From: an uncultured delta proteobacterium
Lineage (GTDB): Bacteria > Myxococcota_A > Polyangia > Polyangiales > Polyangiaceae
Length of the DNA: 64,000 bases
Direction: 5' to 3'
NCBI GenBank assembly: GCA_963782055.1
Contig: CAWAIF010000003.1
Location: 3,072,001 to 3,136,000, forward strand
The position numbers and the translations under genes are program-made. Shown in pieces: positions 50,820-60,387 of this stretch. The notes beneath the pieces are model-generated. The model did no database searches. It was not told the origin of the DNA and worked only from the letters and a program-made list of their open reading frames with translations. Every line of letters begins with the position of its first letter. The first letter of the stretch is position 1.

Positions 50820-51859
50820 GGACCATGTACTCTACAAATATCTCTCGCGTCGCGATGCTCCTGGCCTTCGGCCTGACCGTGACGGCCTGCGGGCCGGACA
50901 AGCCCGCCAACACCGAGGGCACGCCCCCCGAGCCCTCGGCCACCGCCACGCAGACGGCGGCGCCCCCGCCCAGCGCGACGGCCGCCGCCCCCAGCTCGCC
51001 GGACACGGCGAAGGGAATGAAGGCCCTGCAGTCCGGCGATCTCGCCGGCGCCAAGGCCGCCTTCGAGGCGGCGCTCCAGAGCAACCCGAAGGACGCCGAC
51101 GCCACGTTCTACCTGGGCGTCACCCTGGACAAGGGCGGCGACAAGGCGGGCGCAGAGAAGAACTACGCCGCCGCGCTGCAGCTCCGCCCCGACTTCCCGG
51201 AGGCCGCGCAGAACCTCGCGGCCATCGACATCGAGGCGAAGAAGTGGGACGCGGCCATCATGCTGCTGCGGCCGCTCGCCCAGAAGCGCGCCAACGATCC
51301 CGCCGTCCACGAGAACCTCGCCCTGGCCCTCGCCGGCAAGGGGGACCAGGCGGGCGCGACCAAGGAGTTCGAGGCCGCGCAGCACGCGTCGCCCAACGAC
51401 GCGATGCTCCTGTACACCTACGGCCATCAGCTCGCCGTCTGGAGGGATCCGGGCGCCGTGGCGAAGCTCACCGCCGCGCGCGACGCGGCCACGGACGCCG
51501 ATCTGCTCGCCTCCATCGGGCACGACCTGCTCCTGCTGCGCGCGGTGCCGCAGTGCATCGCCACCTTCGACAAGGCCATCAAGGTCAAGGACAGCGCGCC
51601 TTCCCGCACCGAGCGCGGCCTCTGCAAGATGGCCAGCAAGGACGAGGCGGGCGCCGCCGCGGACCTGCAGGCCGCGATCAAGGCCGACCCGAGCTACGCG
51701 CTCGCGCACTACTGGCTCGGCGCGCACTACGGCCAGTCCAAGAAGTGGAAGGACGCCATCAAGGAGTTCGAGGCCTACCTTAAGATCGCGCCGGACGGCC
51801 CCAAGGCCAGGGCCGCGAAGGCGGCGATCGCCCGCGCCAAGAAGAAGGGCAAGAAGTAG
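50816..51859 (+). CDS. TPR-repeat lipoprotein
   Basis: VTAC lipobox; multiple TPR motifs. Confidence 0.85.
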   Translation: MRTMYSTNISRVAMLLAFGLTVTACGPDKPANTEGTPPEPSATATQTAAPPPSATAAAPSSPDTAKGMKALQSGDLAGAKAAFEAALQSNPKDADATFYLGVTLDKGGDKAGAEKNYAAALQLRPDFPEAAQNLAAIDIEAKKWDAAIMLLRPLAQKRANDPAVHENLALALAGKGDQAGATKEFEAAQHASPNDAMLLYTYGHQLAVWRDPGAVAKLTAARDAATDADLLASIGHDLLLLRAVPQCIATFDKAIKVKDSAPSRTERGLCKMASKDEAGAAADLQAAIKADPSYALAHYWLGAHYGQSKKWKDAIKEFEAYLKIAPDGPKARAAKAAIARAKKKGKK

Positions 51860-51866
51860 GAAGGGA

Positions 51867-52724
51867 TCAGCCGCGGAAGCCGCGCACCACGCGGCCCACG
51901 CCCTCGGTCAGCTCGCCGAGCGCCACCAGCCGTCCGCCGGCGTCCACCCACGCGTGCACGCCGGGCGCGGTGGGCGCCAGGTCCGCCGGGTCGACCGGCT
52001 TGCCCACGCGCGCGTGCGCCACGCCTCGCTCGGTCAGCGTCGCGACAGGCAGCACGCGCGCGGCGGCGAGGTGCAGCGGGACGAGGGGAGGGGGGGGCTC
52101 GAGGGGCGAGGCGTCGGCCAGCGAGAAGGCTCCGGAGCGCAGCCGGCGCAGCGCCACCAGGTGCCCCACGGTGCCCAGACGCGCCGCGAGATCGCGCGCG
52201 AAGGCGCGCACGTAGTAGCCCTTCGCGACGACCAGACGCACGCGCACCTCGTCGTCCTCCGTGCCGAGCAGCTCGATCGCGCGCGCCGCCACCTCCCGCG
52301 GGGCGAGCTCCGGGGCCTCCCCCCGCCGGGCGAGCTGGTGCGCCCGCACGCCGCCGGCGTGGATGGCGGAGTACGCCGGCGGCACCTGCGCCGATCGCGC
52401 GCGCTCCGCCTCCAGCGCGGCCGGCAGCACCTCCCGCCACCCCGGCGGCGGCGGCACTTGACGGGTCACGCGTCCCTCGGCGTCGAGCGTGTCGGTCTCG
52501 GCCCCGAGCCGCACCGTGGCCTCGTACTCCTTCTCGTCGGCGGTGAGGTACGGCACCAGCTTGGTGGCCTCGCCCACCGCCACCACGAGCACCCCCGTCG
52601 CCATCGGGTCCAGCGTCCCGGCGTGGCCCACCGCGCGCGTCCCGAGCGCCTTGCGCACCCGCGCCACCACGTCGTGGCTGGTGGGTCCGCGCGGCTTGTC
52701 GACGACGAGGACGCCGTCCCGCAT
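51867..52724 (-). CDS. truB: tRNA pseudouridine(55) synthase
   Basis: DKPRGPTSHDVV, GHAGTLDPMATGVL, QVPPAYSA, KGYYVR. Confidence 0.95.
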   Translation of the reverse strand: MRDGVLVVDKPRGPTSHDVVARVRKALGTRAVGHAGTLDPMATGVLVVAVGEATKLVPYLTADEKEYEATVRLGAETDTLDAEGRVTRQVPPPPGWREVLPAALEAERARSAQVPPAYSAIHAGGVRAHQLARRGEAPELAPREVAARAIELLGTEDDEVRVRLVVAKGYYVRAFARDLAARLGTVGHLVALRRLRSGAFSLADASPLEPPPPLVPLHLAAARVLPVATLTERGVAHARVGKPVDPADLAPTAPGVHAWVDAGGRLVALGELTEGVGRVVRGFRG

Positions 52725-53980
52725 CAGCCGAAGAACACGCTCCGCCGCTCCCGCACGGCGCCGTCGAGCATGGCCTGGATCGCCCCGCGCACCCGCTCGG
52801 CGAGGCGGCCGACCAGAAGCTCGTCGCCCTCGGCCTCCGGGCCGTAGCCCTTGGTCTCGATGACCTCGCCGAAGAGGATCTTCCACTTGGTGGGTGCCGG
52901 GAGCAGACCGAACGGCCCGAGCCACGGGAAGGTGGGGGTCACCGGCACGTACGGCACACCGAGCACCTTGTTGAGCGACTCCACGCGCACCAGCAGCGGG
53001 TTGGTCTCCTCCGCTCCGACGATCGCGACGGGCACCATGGGCGACTCGGTCCGCAGCGCCAGCTTGACGAAGCCTCCGCGCCCGAAGCGCTGCAGCTGGT
53101 AGCGCTCCCTGAAGAGCTTGCCGATGCCCTTCACGCCCTCCGGGAACACGCCGACGAGCGCGTCCTGGCGCAGCAGGCGCTCGGCGTTCTCCTGGCAGGC
53201 GCGCACCGCGCCGACGCGGTTGGTGAAGCTGCCGATGAAGGGGAAGTGGAAGACGAAGTCCTCCGCCAGCCAGCGGAGGTCGCGCTTCGCCTCGTGCTCG
53301 CGCTTGAAGGCGATCTTGAGCATCGCCCCGTCGAAGGGGACCGTGCCGGAGTGGTTGGCGACGAGCATGCACCGGCCGGTGCGCGGGACGTGCTCGATGC
53401 CCGCGCAGTCCACGCGGAAGTAGTGGTCGTAGAGGAAGTCGAAGAGCGGCCTGACCTTCTCGTCGTAGACCGGGTCGTAGCCGAAGTCGTCCACCTCCTC
53501 CGAGCGGTTGCGCATCCCGAGGCGTCCCCACTTGCGCAGGTAGAAGTCGGTGGAGAGCAGCTCGCGCGCGGTGTCGAACACGGTGGGGTCGGCGTCCGGC
53601 GGCTCGCTGCGCAGGGAGGGGAGCGCGCGCATGGACGGGGGTGGTGGGGAGTCCTCGCTCGGCTGGTGCGCCGCCTCGTCGATGAGGCGGTCCAGGCGCT
53701 CCTCCAGCTCGTGGATCTGGGCGGCGACCTCTCGCCGGCTCTCCGCCTTCGCCCCGGGCGTGGGCTCTGCGGCGAGCGCCTCCTGCTGCGGCGCGGCGGT
53801 CTCCTTCGGCGTGGCCGTCTCCTTCGGCGCGGCCGCCTTCTTCGGCGCGGCCGCCTTCTTCGGCGCGGCCGTCTTCTTCGGCGCGGCCGTCTTCTTCGCC
53901 GTCTTCTTCGGCGCGGCCGTGGCCATGGCGGCGGGCGCGGGCTTCTTTGCTGGCGTCTTGCGCGGCTTCGGGCTCGTCAT
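52724..53980 (-). CDS. Lysophospholipid/glycerol acyltransferase with N-terminal Lys/Ala/Pro repeats
   Basis: VDDFGYDP, ANHSGTVPFD, VFPEG, FGRGGFV. Confidence 0.85.
   Translation of the reverse strand: MTSPKPRKTPAKKPAPAAMATAAPKKTAKKTAAPKKTAAPKKAAAPKKAAAPKETATPKETAAPQQEALAAEPTPGAKAESRREVAAQIHELEERLDRLIDEAAHQPSEDSPPPPSMRALPSLRSEPPDADPTVFDTARELLSTDFYLRKWGRLGMRNRSEEVDDFGYDPVYDEKVRPLFDFLYDHYFRVDCAGIEHVPRTGRCMLVANHSGTVPFDGAMLKIAFKREHEAKRDLRWLAEDFVFHFPFIGSFTNRVGAVRACQENAERLLRQDALVGVFPEGVKGIGKLFRERYQLQRFGRGGFVKLALRTESPMVPVAIVGAEETNPLLVRVESLNKVLGVPYVPVTPTFPWLGPFGLLPAPTKWKILFGEVIETKGYGPEAEGDELLVGRLAERVRGAIQAMLDGAVRERRSVFFG
53788..53920 (-). repeat. 18-bp tandem repeat encoding K(K/E)(T/A)AAP
   Basis: Repeated TTCGGCGCGGCCG(C/T)CTTC on + strand. 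Confidence 0.85.
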
Positions 53981-55050
53981 GTGGGGGTCTCCTGCAAGAG
54001 CTTGACGTCGCGCAGCCGCTGGGCGCTCACGAAGTCGATCAGCGCCTCGCGCGTGGTGTACGCCGGGAGGAAGCCCATCCCCTGCCGCGCGCGCGCGCCG
54101 TCAGCCACGCAAAGGAAGCGCAGGTAGGGCAGGAAGGTGGGCGGCGCGGGGACGAGCTGCGCGAGCCACCCGAGGGAGGTCAGCGTCTCGGCGAGGGGGT
54201 GCGGGATGGGCAGCGCCACACGGCCCGCGAGCTTGATGACGGTGGAGAGCGGCAGCACGCCGTCGCCCACGATGTTGAACGTCCCGGGCACGTCGCGCTC
54301 CACCGCGAGCTTGAAGGCGGCGATGGCGTCCACCTCGTGGACGAACTGCAGCAGGGGATCGTAGCCCATCATGGTGGGCACGAGCCGGCGGGAGAGGTAG
54401 CGCGTCAGGTAGGAGCGCACGGTGGGGCCGAGCACCGGCGCGGTGCGCAGGATCGTCACGACGGCGCCTTGCGCGCGCTCGGCGAAGCGGGCCGCCTCCT
54501 CCTCCGCCTCGATCTTGTCGGCGAAGAAGGGCTCTCGCCGGGGAGCGCGGGTGGGGTGGCGCTCGGAGAGGAAGTTGGGGTTGGAGGGGTGCGCGCCGTA
54601 GAGCAGCGTCGTCGACTTCATCACCACCTTGCGGACGTGCGCTTGCCGCGCCGCCACCAGCAGGTGCATGGTCCCCACGCTCTCCAGCTCGTGCGCGTAG
54701 GCCACGGCGGGGGTCGGGGAGGAGAGGAAGGCGAGGTGCACCAGGGTGTCGGCGCGCTCGGCCGCCAGGATCTCCGCCAGGCGCGCCTCGGCCGCGGGCT
54801 GGGTCAGGTCCACGTCGTAGGCGCGCGTCTTCTTGCCCGCGGTGGACGGCGGGCGGGCGTCGATCGCCGTGATGCGCGCGACGCGCGGGTCCTCCTCGAG
54901 CAGACCGATGAGGTTGGCGCCCAGGAAGGAGGAGGCGCCGGTGACGACCACGCTCTGGCCGGACCGGCCGCGCGCGGTCGGGTGAGCCGAGCCGGTGCGC
55001 GAGAGGCCCCCCGGCGGTCGGGATGGCGTTTTGTTGGGCGTGCGGGCCAC
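53977..55050 (-). CDS. Extended SDR / NAD-dependent epimerase-dehydratase family protein
   Basis: VVTGASSFLG, VHLAF, QFVHEVD, GTFNI. Confidence 0.85.
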   Translation of the reverse strand: MARTPNKTPSRPPGGLSRTGSAHPTARGRSGQSVVVTGASSFLGANLIGLLEEDPRVARITAIDARPPSTAGKKTRAYDVDLTQPAAEARLAEILAAERADTLVHLAFLSSPTPAVAYAHELESVGTMHLLVAARQAHVRKVVMKSTTLLYGAHPSNPNFLSERHPTRAPRREPFFADKIEAEEEAARFAERAQGAVVTILRTAPVLGPTVRSYLTRYLSRRLVPTMMGYDPLLQFVHEVDAIAAFKLAVERDVPGTFNIVGDGVLPLSTVIKLAGRVALPIPHPLAETLTSLGWLAQLVPAPPTFLPYLRFLCVADGARARQGMGFLPAYTTREALIDFVSAQRLRDVKLLQETPT

Positions 55051-55136
55051 GGCGAGGGAAGCTACATCGAACGGGACGGGCGAAAAAGGGGCCCCATGGC
55101 GGGCCCGCGACCAAATGGTGATACGGTGACCAAAGA

Positions 55137-57158
55137 GTGAGCGGTCCTTCGGCCCCCGCGCCTACGAGGCTCGGCCCCTACGAGCTGCTCGAACGCATCG
55201 CCACCGGCGGCATGGCCGAGGTGTACCTCGCGCGCCGGGCCGGCCCGCGCGGCTTCCAGAAGATGGTGGCCGTCAAGCGCATCCTCCCCCAGCTCGCCAG
55301 CGACGCCGATTTCGTCTCCATGTTCGTCGACGAGGCCCGGGTGTGCGCGCGCCTCGCCCACCCGAACATCGTGCAGGTCTTCGACTTCGGCGAGGAGGAC
55401 GGCGAGCTGTTCATGGCGATGGAGTTCGTCGACGGCACGACCGGGGCGCGCCTCATCCGCGCCGCTGCCTCGCGCGGGGAGGACATCCCGCTGGAGGTCT
55501 CCCTCCACGTCGCGCTCAGCGTGCTGCGCGGCCTGGACTACGCCCACAACGCCCGCGATGACGCCGGCAAGCCGCTGCGATTGGTTCACCGCGACGTATC
55601 GCCGGGCAACGTGCTCATCGACCGCTCCGGCGCGGTGAAGCTGACCGACTTCGGCATCGCGCGTGCCGCCGAGTTCGAGCGACGCACCGACGCCGGGCAG
55701 CTCAAGGGCAAGCTCGGGTACATGTCGCCGGAGCAGGTCGTGGGGCGCGAGCTCGACGCCCGCAGTGATCTCTTCACGCTGGGGATCGTGCTCGCCGAGA
55801 TGGTCACCGTGCGGCCGCTCTTCTCCGGCGGCCGCGAGCTGGACGTGCTCCTGCGCATCCGCGACGCCGACCTGTCCGCCATCGATCGCAACGCCGGCCG
55901 CGTCCCGGAGGACGTCCGCATGGTGCTGGTGCGAGCGCTCGCGAAGGACCCCGGGATGCGCTACCCGACGGCGGCCTCCTTCGCCGACGCCCTCGAGGAG
56001 ATCATCCGGCGCCGTCGCCTCAACGTGGGCCCCTCGCGGACGGCGGCGTGGATCGACCGGCTGGGGCTCACCACCGGCGGGAGCAAGACCGCCGAGGCGG
56101 AGGGGGACGGCGAGGACACGGGCGACACCGGTCGCCGCGTCACGGCGGTGCTGGAGCTGGACACGGGGACGGTGCGCTCCGGGAGCGAGTCGGAGCGGCC
56201 GACCAACCCTCAGGAGGCGCGCGACGTCTCCCCGCAGATCTACCGCGTCAAGATGGGCGACGGCACGGTGCTCGGCCCCATGTCCTACCCGCGCCTGGTG
56301 GAGCTCTTCGCGACAGGGTACATCGGCGGCCAGAGCACCATCTCGCGCGAGGGCGGCACCTTCAAGGAGGCCTCGCACTACGCCGAGTTCACGCGGTTCG
56401 TCACCAGCCCCGCGCTGCGCTGGGACGACGATCCCCCGCGCGACGCGGCCTTCCGCGGCCCCATCGAGCGGCGCAAGCTGCCCGGCCTGCTCTTCCAGCT
56501 CGCCGAAGGTCGCGAGGTGGGCGTGCTGGTGCTGCGCGACGGCCCCAAGCGCAAGAAGATCTACCTCGTGGAGGGCGCGCCGGAGTTCGTCGCCTCGACG
56601 GACAAGAGCGAGCTGCTCGGCGAGCACCTCGTCGCCCGCGGGCAGGTGCTGCGGATGGAGGTGGACATGGCGCTCGCGATGCTCCCGCGCTTCGGCGGCC
56701 GGCTGGGCGACGCGCTGGTGGGGCTGGGCGTGCTGCGCCCCATCGAGCTCTTCCGCGCCATCCACGAGCAGACGCAGCAGCGCTACCTGGAGGTGTTCCG
56801 GTGGAAGAAGGGGGAGCTCGCCTTCGTCAGCGGCGCGCGCTCCCACGAGGAGACCTTCCCCCTGGGCGTCGACCCCTACGAGCTCATCGCCCGCGGCGTG
56901 TCGGGCGGCTACGACGCGGCCGAGATCGAGGCGCTGCTTGCACCCATCGCCGAGGAGGTCCTGCAGCCGGTGGTGCTGCCCCCCGTGCGGCTGGAGGCCT
57001 TCCGGCTGCCCGAGCGTCAGGCGCGCGTCGTGCGGCGCGTGGACGGCACCCTCACCCTCCGCGCGCTGCTGGCCGACGCCTCGCTCGACCCCACCGACGT
57101 GCTCTTCGCCGTCTTCACCGGCCTCTCCTGCCAGCTCCTGAAGGCGGACGGCTTCTGA
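55137..57158 (+). CDS. Cytoplasmic Ser/Thr protein kinase with GYF-like and DUF4388-like C-terminal domains
   Basis: GGMAEVY, VAVKR, HRDVSPGN, DFG, YMSPEQ; GTVLGPMS; GVLVLRDG..KKIYL, LLGEHLV, RLGDALV. Confidence 0.85.
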   Translation: MSGPSAPAPTRLGPYELLERIATGGMAEVYLARRAGPRGFQKMVAVKRILPQLASDADFVSMFVDEARVCARLAHPNIVQVFDFGEEDGELFMAMEFVDGTTGARLIRAAASRGEDIPLEVSLHVALSVLRGLDYAHNARDDAGKPLRLVHRDVSPGNVLIDRSGAVKLTDFGIARAAEFERRTDAGQLKGKLGYMSPEQVVGRELDARSDLFTLGIVLAEMVTVRPLFSGGRELDVLLRIRDADLSAIDRNAGRVPEDVRMVLVRALAKDPGMRYPTAASFADALEEIIRRRRLNVGPSRTAAWIDRLGLTTGGSKTAEAEGDGEDTGDTGRRVTAVLELDTGTVRSGSESERPTNPQEARDVSPQIYRVKMGDGTVLGPMSYPRLVELFATGYIGGQSTISREGGTFKEASHYAEFTRFVTSPALRWDDDPPRDAAFRGPIERRKLPGLLFQLAEGREVGVLVLRDGPKRKKIYLVEGAPEFVASTDKSELLGEHLVARGQVLRMEVDMALAMLPRFGGRLGDALVGLGVLRPIELFRAIHEQTQQRYLEVFRWKKGELAFVSGARSHEETFPLGVDPYELIARGVSGGYDAAEIEALLAPIAEEVLQPVVLPPVRLEAFRLPERQARVVRRVDGTLTLRALLADASLDPTDVLFAVFTGLSCQLLKADGF

Positions 57159-57170
57159 CCTCCGCCTCGA

Positions 57171-58628
57171 TCAGCGATCCAGCTCGACCTGGTCGATCAC
57201 GTCGTCGCCCGCCACGCCGCCGCCGGAGGCCTTGAGCCCGTAGGCCTTGAGCGTGAGCTTGTGCGCCTCCAGCGTGACGAGTGAGTAGACGCCGACGTAG
57301 GGCGTGCCGCCGCCGAAGCCCATGTTGAAGGCGCGGTACGGCGCCGGGGCGGTGCCGGGGGCGTAGCCGTTCGCCCCCGCGCCCGCGCACACGACGTAGG
57401 TGGTGCCGTCGGTGGTGGAGGTCTGCACGACCGGAGCGTCGGCCGGGCCGGTGATCGGCTTGGTGCGCTCGTAGTTGTGATCGTGGCCGTTGAGCACCAG
57501 GTCCACGTGGTGCTTGTCCCAGATGGGCACGAGCGCGTCGCGCGTGCGGATCACGTCGGCGTCGCTGCCGTGGTTGGCGGTGGAGAACTCCCCGCGGTGG
57601 TGCACCACGATCAAGAAGGGGCGCGACGCGCGGTCCTGCTCCGCCTTGCCGAGGTCGGCGTCCAGGAAGGCGAGCTGCGCCTTGGCCGCGTCGCCCGTGG
57701 GGTCCTCCGCGATGGCCTGGTCGTCGAGCAGCACGATGTGGGCGGAGCCCACGTCCACCGAGGCGAAGGACTCGGCGTAGGGCCCGTCCCCCGGGAGCGC
57801 GAAGTTGCCGTAGAACTGCGAGGAGCTGTTCTCGTGGTTGCCGGGGACCGGCAGGATCATCTGCTGGCCGAGGGTGAGGAACTTGCTCGCGTCGTTGGGA
57901 TCCTTCCACGCGGCGTCCAGCCACTGGCCGTACAGCGACTCCTGCGCGCCCCACAGCACGAAGTCGCCGGAGAAGAGCTGCAGGCTGACGCCGGCGTCCA
58001 GCATGCGCTCCTGCACGAGCTGGTAGACGTTCTTGTCGTCGCGGGAGTCCCCGGAGACGCCGAGGGTGATGGCCCCCGAGGAAGGCACCGTCGTGAAGGA
58101 CTGCGTGGCGCTCCACACCTCGGCCCCCGCCGCGCCGCCGCCGACCTGGTAGTAGTAGGTCGTGCCGGGCTGCAGGCCGCAGACGTGGACCTCGTGCATG
58201 TAGGTGTCCGGCTCGCCGGTGCCGAAGCCCACGGTGGGCGCGGGGGTCGTCCACGAGTAGCCGGCGTGGACGTCGGCGAGGTCGGAGGGGGAGCTGCCCA
58301 GCTTCACCCGCGCGGCGGAGCCCTGCGCGGGCGTCTCCCAGGTGAACGCGGCGGTGGTCGTCGGGTCGGCGTCACCGGAGGCGCCGCCCAGGCCGAGACG
58401 CACCCGCGTGGGGGTGGCGCCGGCGGTGTCGGTGATGGCCTGGCCGTCATCCAGCGTCGCGCCCACGAAGCCACGCACCTCGGGGAGCTGCACGGTGTAC
58501 GAGCAGCCGGCCGGCGTGTAGCTGAAGGTCGTCGCGGCGTCGGCCCCGGCGTCGGGAGCCGGCGTGGTGCCGTCAGGGGAGCTGCAGGCGAGAAGGAAGG
58601 CGGGGGCGGCGAGGAGCAGGCGATGCAT
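57171..58628 (-). CDS. Metallophosphoesterase lipoprotein, purple-acid-phosphatase-like with FN3-type N-domain
   Basis: LLAC lipobox; HEVHVCGLQPGTTYYYQVG; GDSR, GDFV, GNHE, HH, GHDHNYER. Confidence 0.88.
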   Translation of the reverse strand: MHRLLLAAPAFLLACSSPDGTTPAPDAGADAATTFSYTPAGCSYTVQLPEVRGFVGATLDDGQAITDTAGATPTRVRLGLGGASGDADPTTTAAFTWETPAQGSAARVKLGSSPSDLADVHAGYSWTTPAPTVGFGTGEPDTYMHEVHVCGLQPGTTYYYQVGGGAAGAEVWSATQSFTTVPSSGAITLGVSGDSRDDKNVYQLVQERMLDAGVSLQLFSGDFVLWGAQESLYGQWLDAAWKDPNDASKFLTLGQQMILPVPGNHENSSSQFYGNFALPGDGPYAESFASVDVGSAHIVLLDDQAIAEDPTGDAAKAQLAFLDADLGKAEQDRASRPFLIVVHHRGEFSTANHGSDADVIRTRDALVPIWDKHHVDLVLNGHDHNYERTKPITGPADAPVVQTSTTDGTTYVVCAGAGANGYAPGTAPAPYRAFNMGFGGGTPYVGVYSLVTLEAHKLTLKAYGLKASGGGVAGDDVIDQVELDR

Positions 58629-58632
58629 CCGG

Positions 58633-58665
58633 CCGATTGTGACACGAAAGTGTCATCCTGGTAAC
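58633..58665 (-). promoter_or_regulatory. Pho-box-like 11-bp repeats
   Basis: Minus strand GTTAC-N6-GACAC-N6-GTCAC, 10 nt before the ATG. Confidence 0.65.
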
Positions 58666-58733
58666 GGACGAAAGGCGAGCCGGTGAACAGGCCGCGGGTC
58701 CCTCGCGACCCCGGGCTCCTCTCACCTCGGGGG

Positions 58734-60374
58734 TCAGAAGACGAAGAAGGCGGAGACCTGGCCGCGGTGGTTGACGGAGTGGGCGCCGTCGACGAACCGG
58801 TCGTTGAAGTAGGCGTACTCCAGCCCCACGCGCACGCCGGGCAACGGGTCGAAGAAGGCATTCACGTCGAAGAAGTCCTCGAACTTCCGGACCGCCGCCG
58901 CCGAGACGTAGTCGGAGTTGTTGGGGTTGGGCAGCACGCTGACCGGCCGGGTGTACAGCTCGATGTTGGGCGACTCGGTGTGGGAGTAGTTGCCGGAGAT
59001 CCAGACGCGCCCCTTCAGGCCGGGCAGGTAGTACTGGAGCCCCACCATGAAGGTGTTCCACTGGATGGGGTGCAGGTCCTGGTTGACGTTGTCGAAGACC
59101 ACCAGGCCGTTGTCGATGTTCTGAGGGTAGGCGGGCGGAGGGTTGAGTCCCGTCTTGTTGGGCAGCGTGGGGAACGTCAGCCCGCCCGTCAGCCCGGTGT
59201 ACAGGTCGGCGATCCCGCTGCCCATGACCACCTCGCCGGTGAGCGACAGCGAGTTGCCCATCTTCTTCTTCGTCGCCGGGATGACGGGGAGGAAGACGTC
59301 GCCCGCGACCGAGGCCGTGGTGAGGGTGACGCCGTCGGTCGGCACCTGCGCGAAGGACGGCAGCACGAAGGTGCGCATGTCGCCGGTCACCGCGATGGCG
59401 GCGGGGCGGATGCTGGTGCCGGTGGAGCCGCTGGTGGCGAGCCCCGTCCACTCGTCGATGGCGAAGCGCAGGCCGGCGACGCCGTCGGGGATCATGGAGT
59501 CGCGCTCCGGCGGACGCAGCGCCGCGGCGGCGAGCTCCAGCGTCGTGGGGCCGAGCTTGAAGGCGTGGGAGAGCCGGATCTGCGGTGTGCGCGCGTAGAG
59601 CTGCCCCGGCAGCCCCTGGATCTGCACCGAGTTGGGGTGGAAGTCCGACTGCCAGCCGAACAGGTGCCAGTACTGGCCGATGAGGACGTCCACGATCGGC
59701 GTCTCGATCTTCACGTTGGCGTGGCGGACGCGGAGCGTGGGGCTGGTGAAGACGGCGCCCTCGCTGCGGCCGGAGCCGGAGCCGTAGCTCGGGCCCGGGT
59801 CGTAGCCCATGAAGTCCATCTCCAGCGTGGCGCTGGCGCGGACGTGGCTCACCTCCGGCGCGCGCAGCCGGAGGCCGAAGCGGCTGTTGCTGACGCCGAA
59901 CTGCACGCGGCCGTTCTCCGCCGTGTACGTGGACTGCGTCGCGGGCAGCGGCGCTGGATGCCCGGAGGGGCGCACCAGCACCGCGTTGCCGGCGAGCGCG
60001 CCGAAGCTCTGCGTGGAGTCCAGGATGCTGTCGGCCTCCACGAAGCCGTAGAGGCTGAGCGACCACCTGCCCATCACCACGCTGTTGGCGTCGGCGGCGC
60101 GCGCGCCGGTGGAGTCGCCCACGTCGTGCAGCGCGGAGGCGTACTCGGCGTCGGTGAGGATGCCCTTGTCGTGCATCACCCGCAACGTCGACAGCCCCAC
60201 GGGCGAGCGCCTCGTCGCCGGCGGGGGCGCGGCCGGGGCGGGCGGCGGCGGCGTGGCGGCGGGGGGCGGCGTGGCCGTCCCGCCGTCGGGCGCCGGGTCC
60301 TGCGCGAGCGCGGCGCTCGTGAGCGTGAGACAGACCGAGGCCGCGGTGAACGCGGCGGCGAGCGATGCGCGCAT
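58734..60374 (-). CDS. Outer-membrane porin, paralogue of 43717..45390
   Basis: Shared YGFVEAD, LEMDF, ETPIVDVLIGQ, YPQNIDNG; terminal VSAFFVF. Confidence 0.72.
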   Translation of the reverse strand: MRASLAAAFTAASVCLTLTSAALAQDPAPDGGTATPPPAATPPPPAPAAPPPATRRSPVGLSTLRVMHDKGILTDAEYASALHDVGDSTGARAADANSVVMGRWSLSLYGFVEADSILDSTQSFGALAGNAVLVRPSGHPAPLPATQSTYTAENGRVQFGVSNSRFGLRLRAPEVSHVRASATLEMDFMGYDPGPSYGSGSGRSEGAVFTSPTLRVRHANVKIETPIVDVLIGQYWHLFGWQSDFHPNSVQIQGLPGQLYARTPQIRLSHAFKLGPTTLELAAAALRPPERDSMIPDGVAGLRFAIDEWTGLATSGSTGTSIRPAAIAVTGDMRTFVLPSFAQVPTDGVTLTTASVAGDVFLPVIPATKKKMGNSLSLTGEVVMGSGIADLYTGLTGGLTFPTLPNKTGLNPPPAYPQNIDNGLVVFDNVNQDLHPIQWNTFMVGLQYYLPGLKGRVWISGNYSHTESPNIELYTRPVSVLPNPNNSDYVSAAAVRKFEDFFDVNAFFDPLPGVRVGLEYAYFNDRFVDGAHSVNHRGQVSAFFVF

Positions 60375-60387
60375 GGGTTCCGGCGGT

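Noticed and set aside
53788..53920. Tandem repeats as a possible CRISPR array
   Set aside because: In-frame 18-bp coding repeats with no unique spacers and no cas genes
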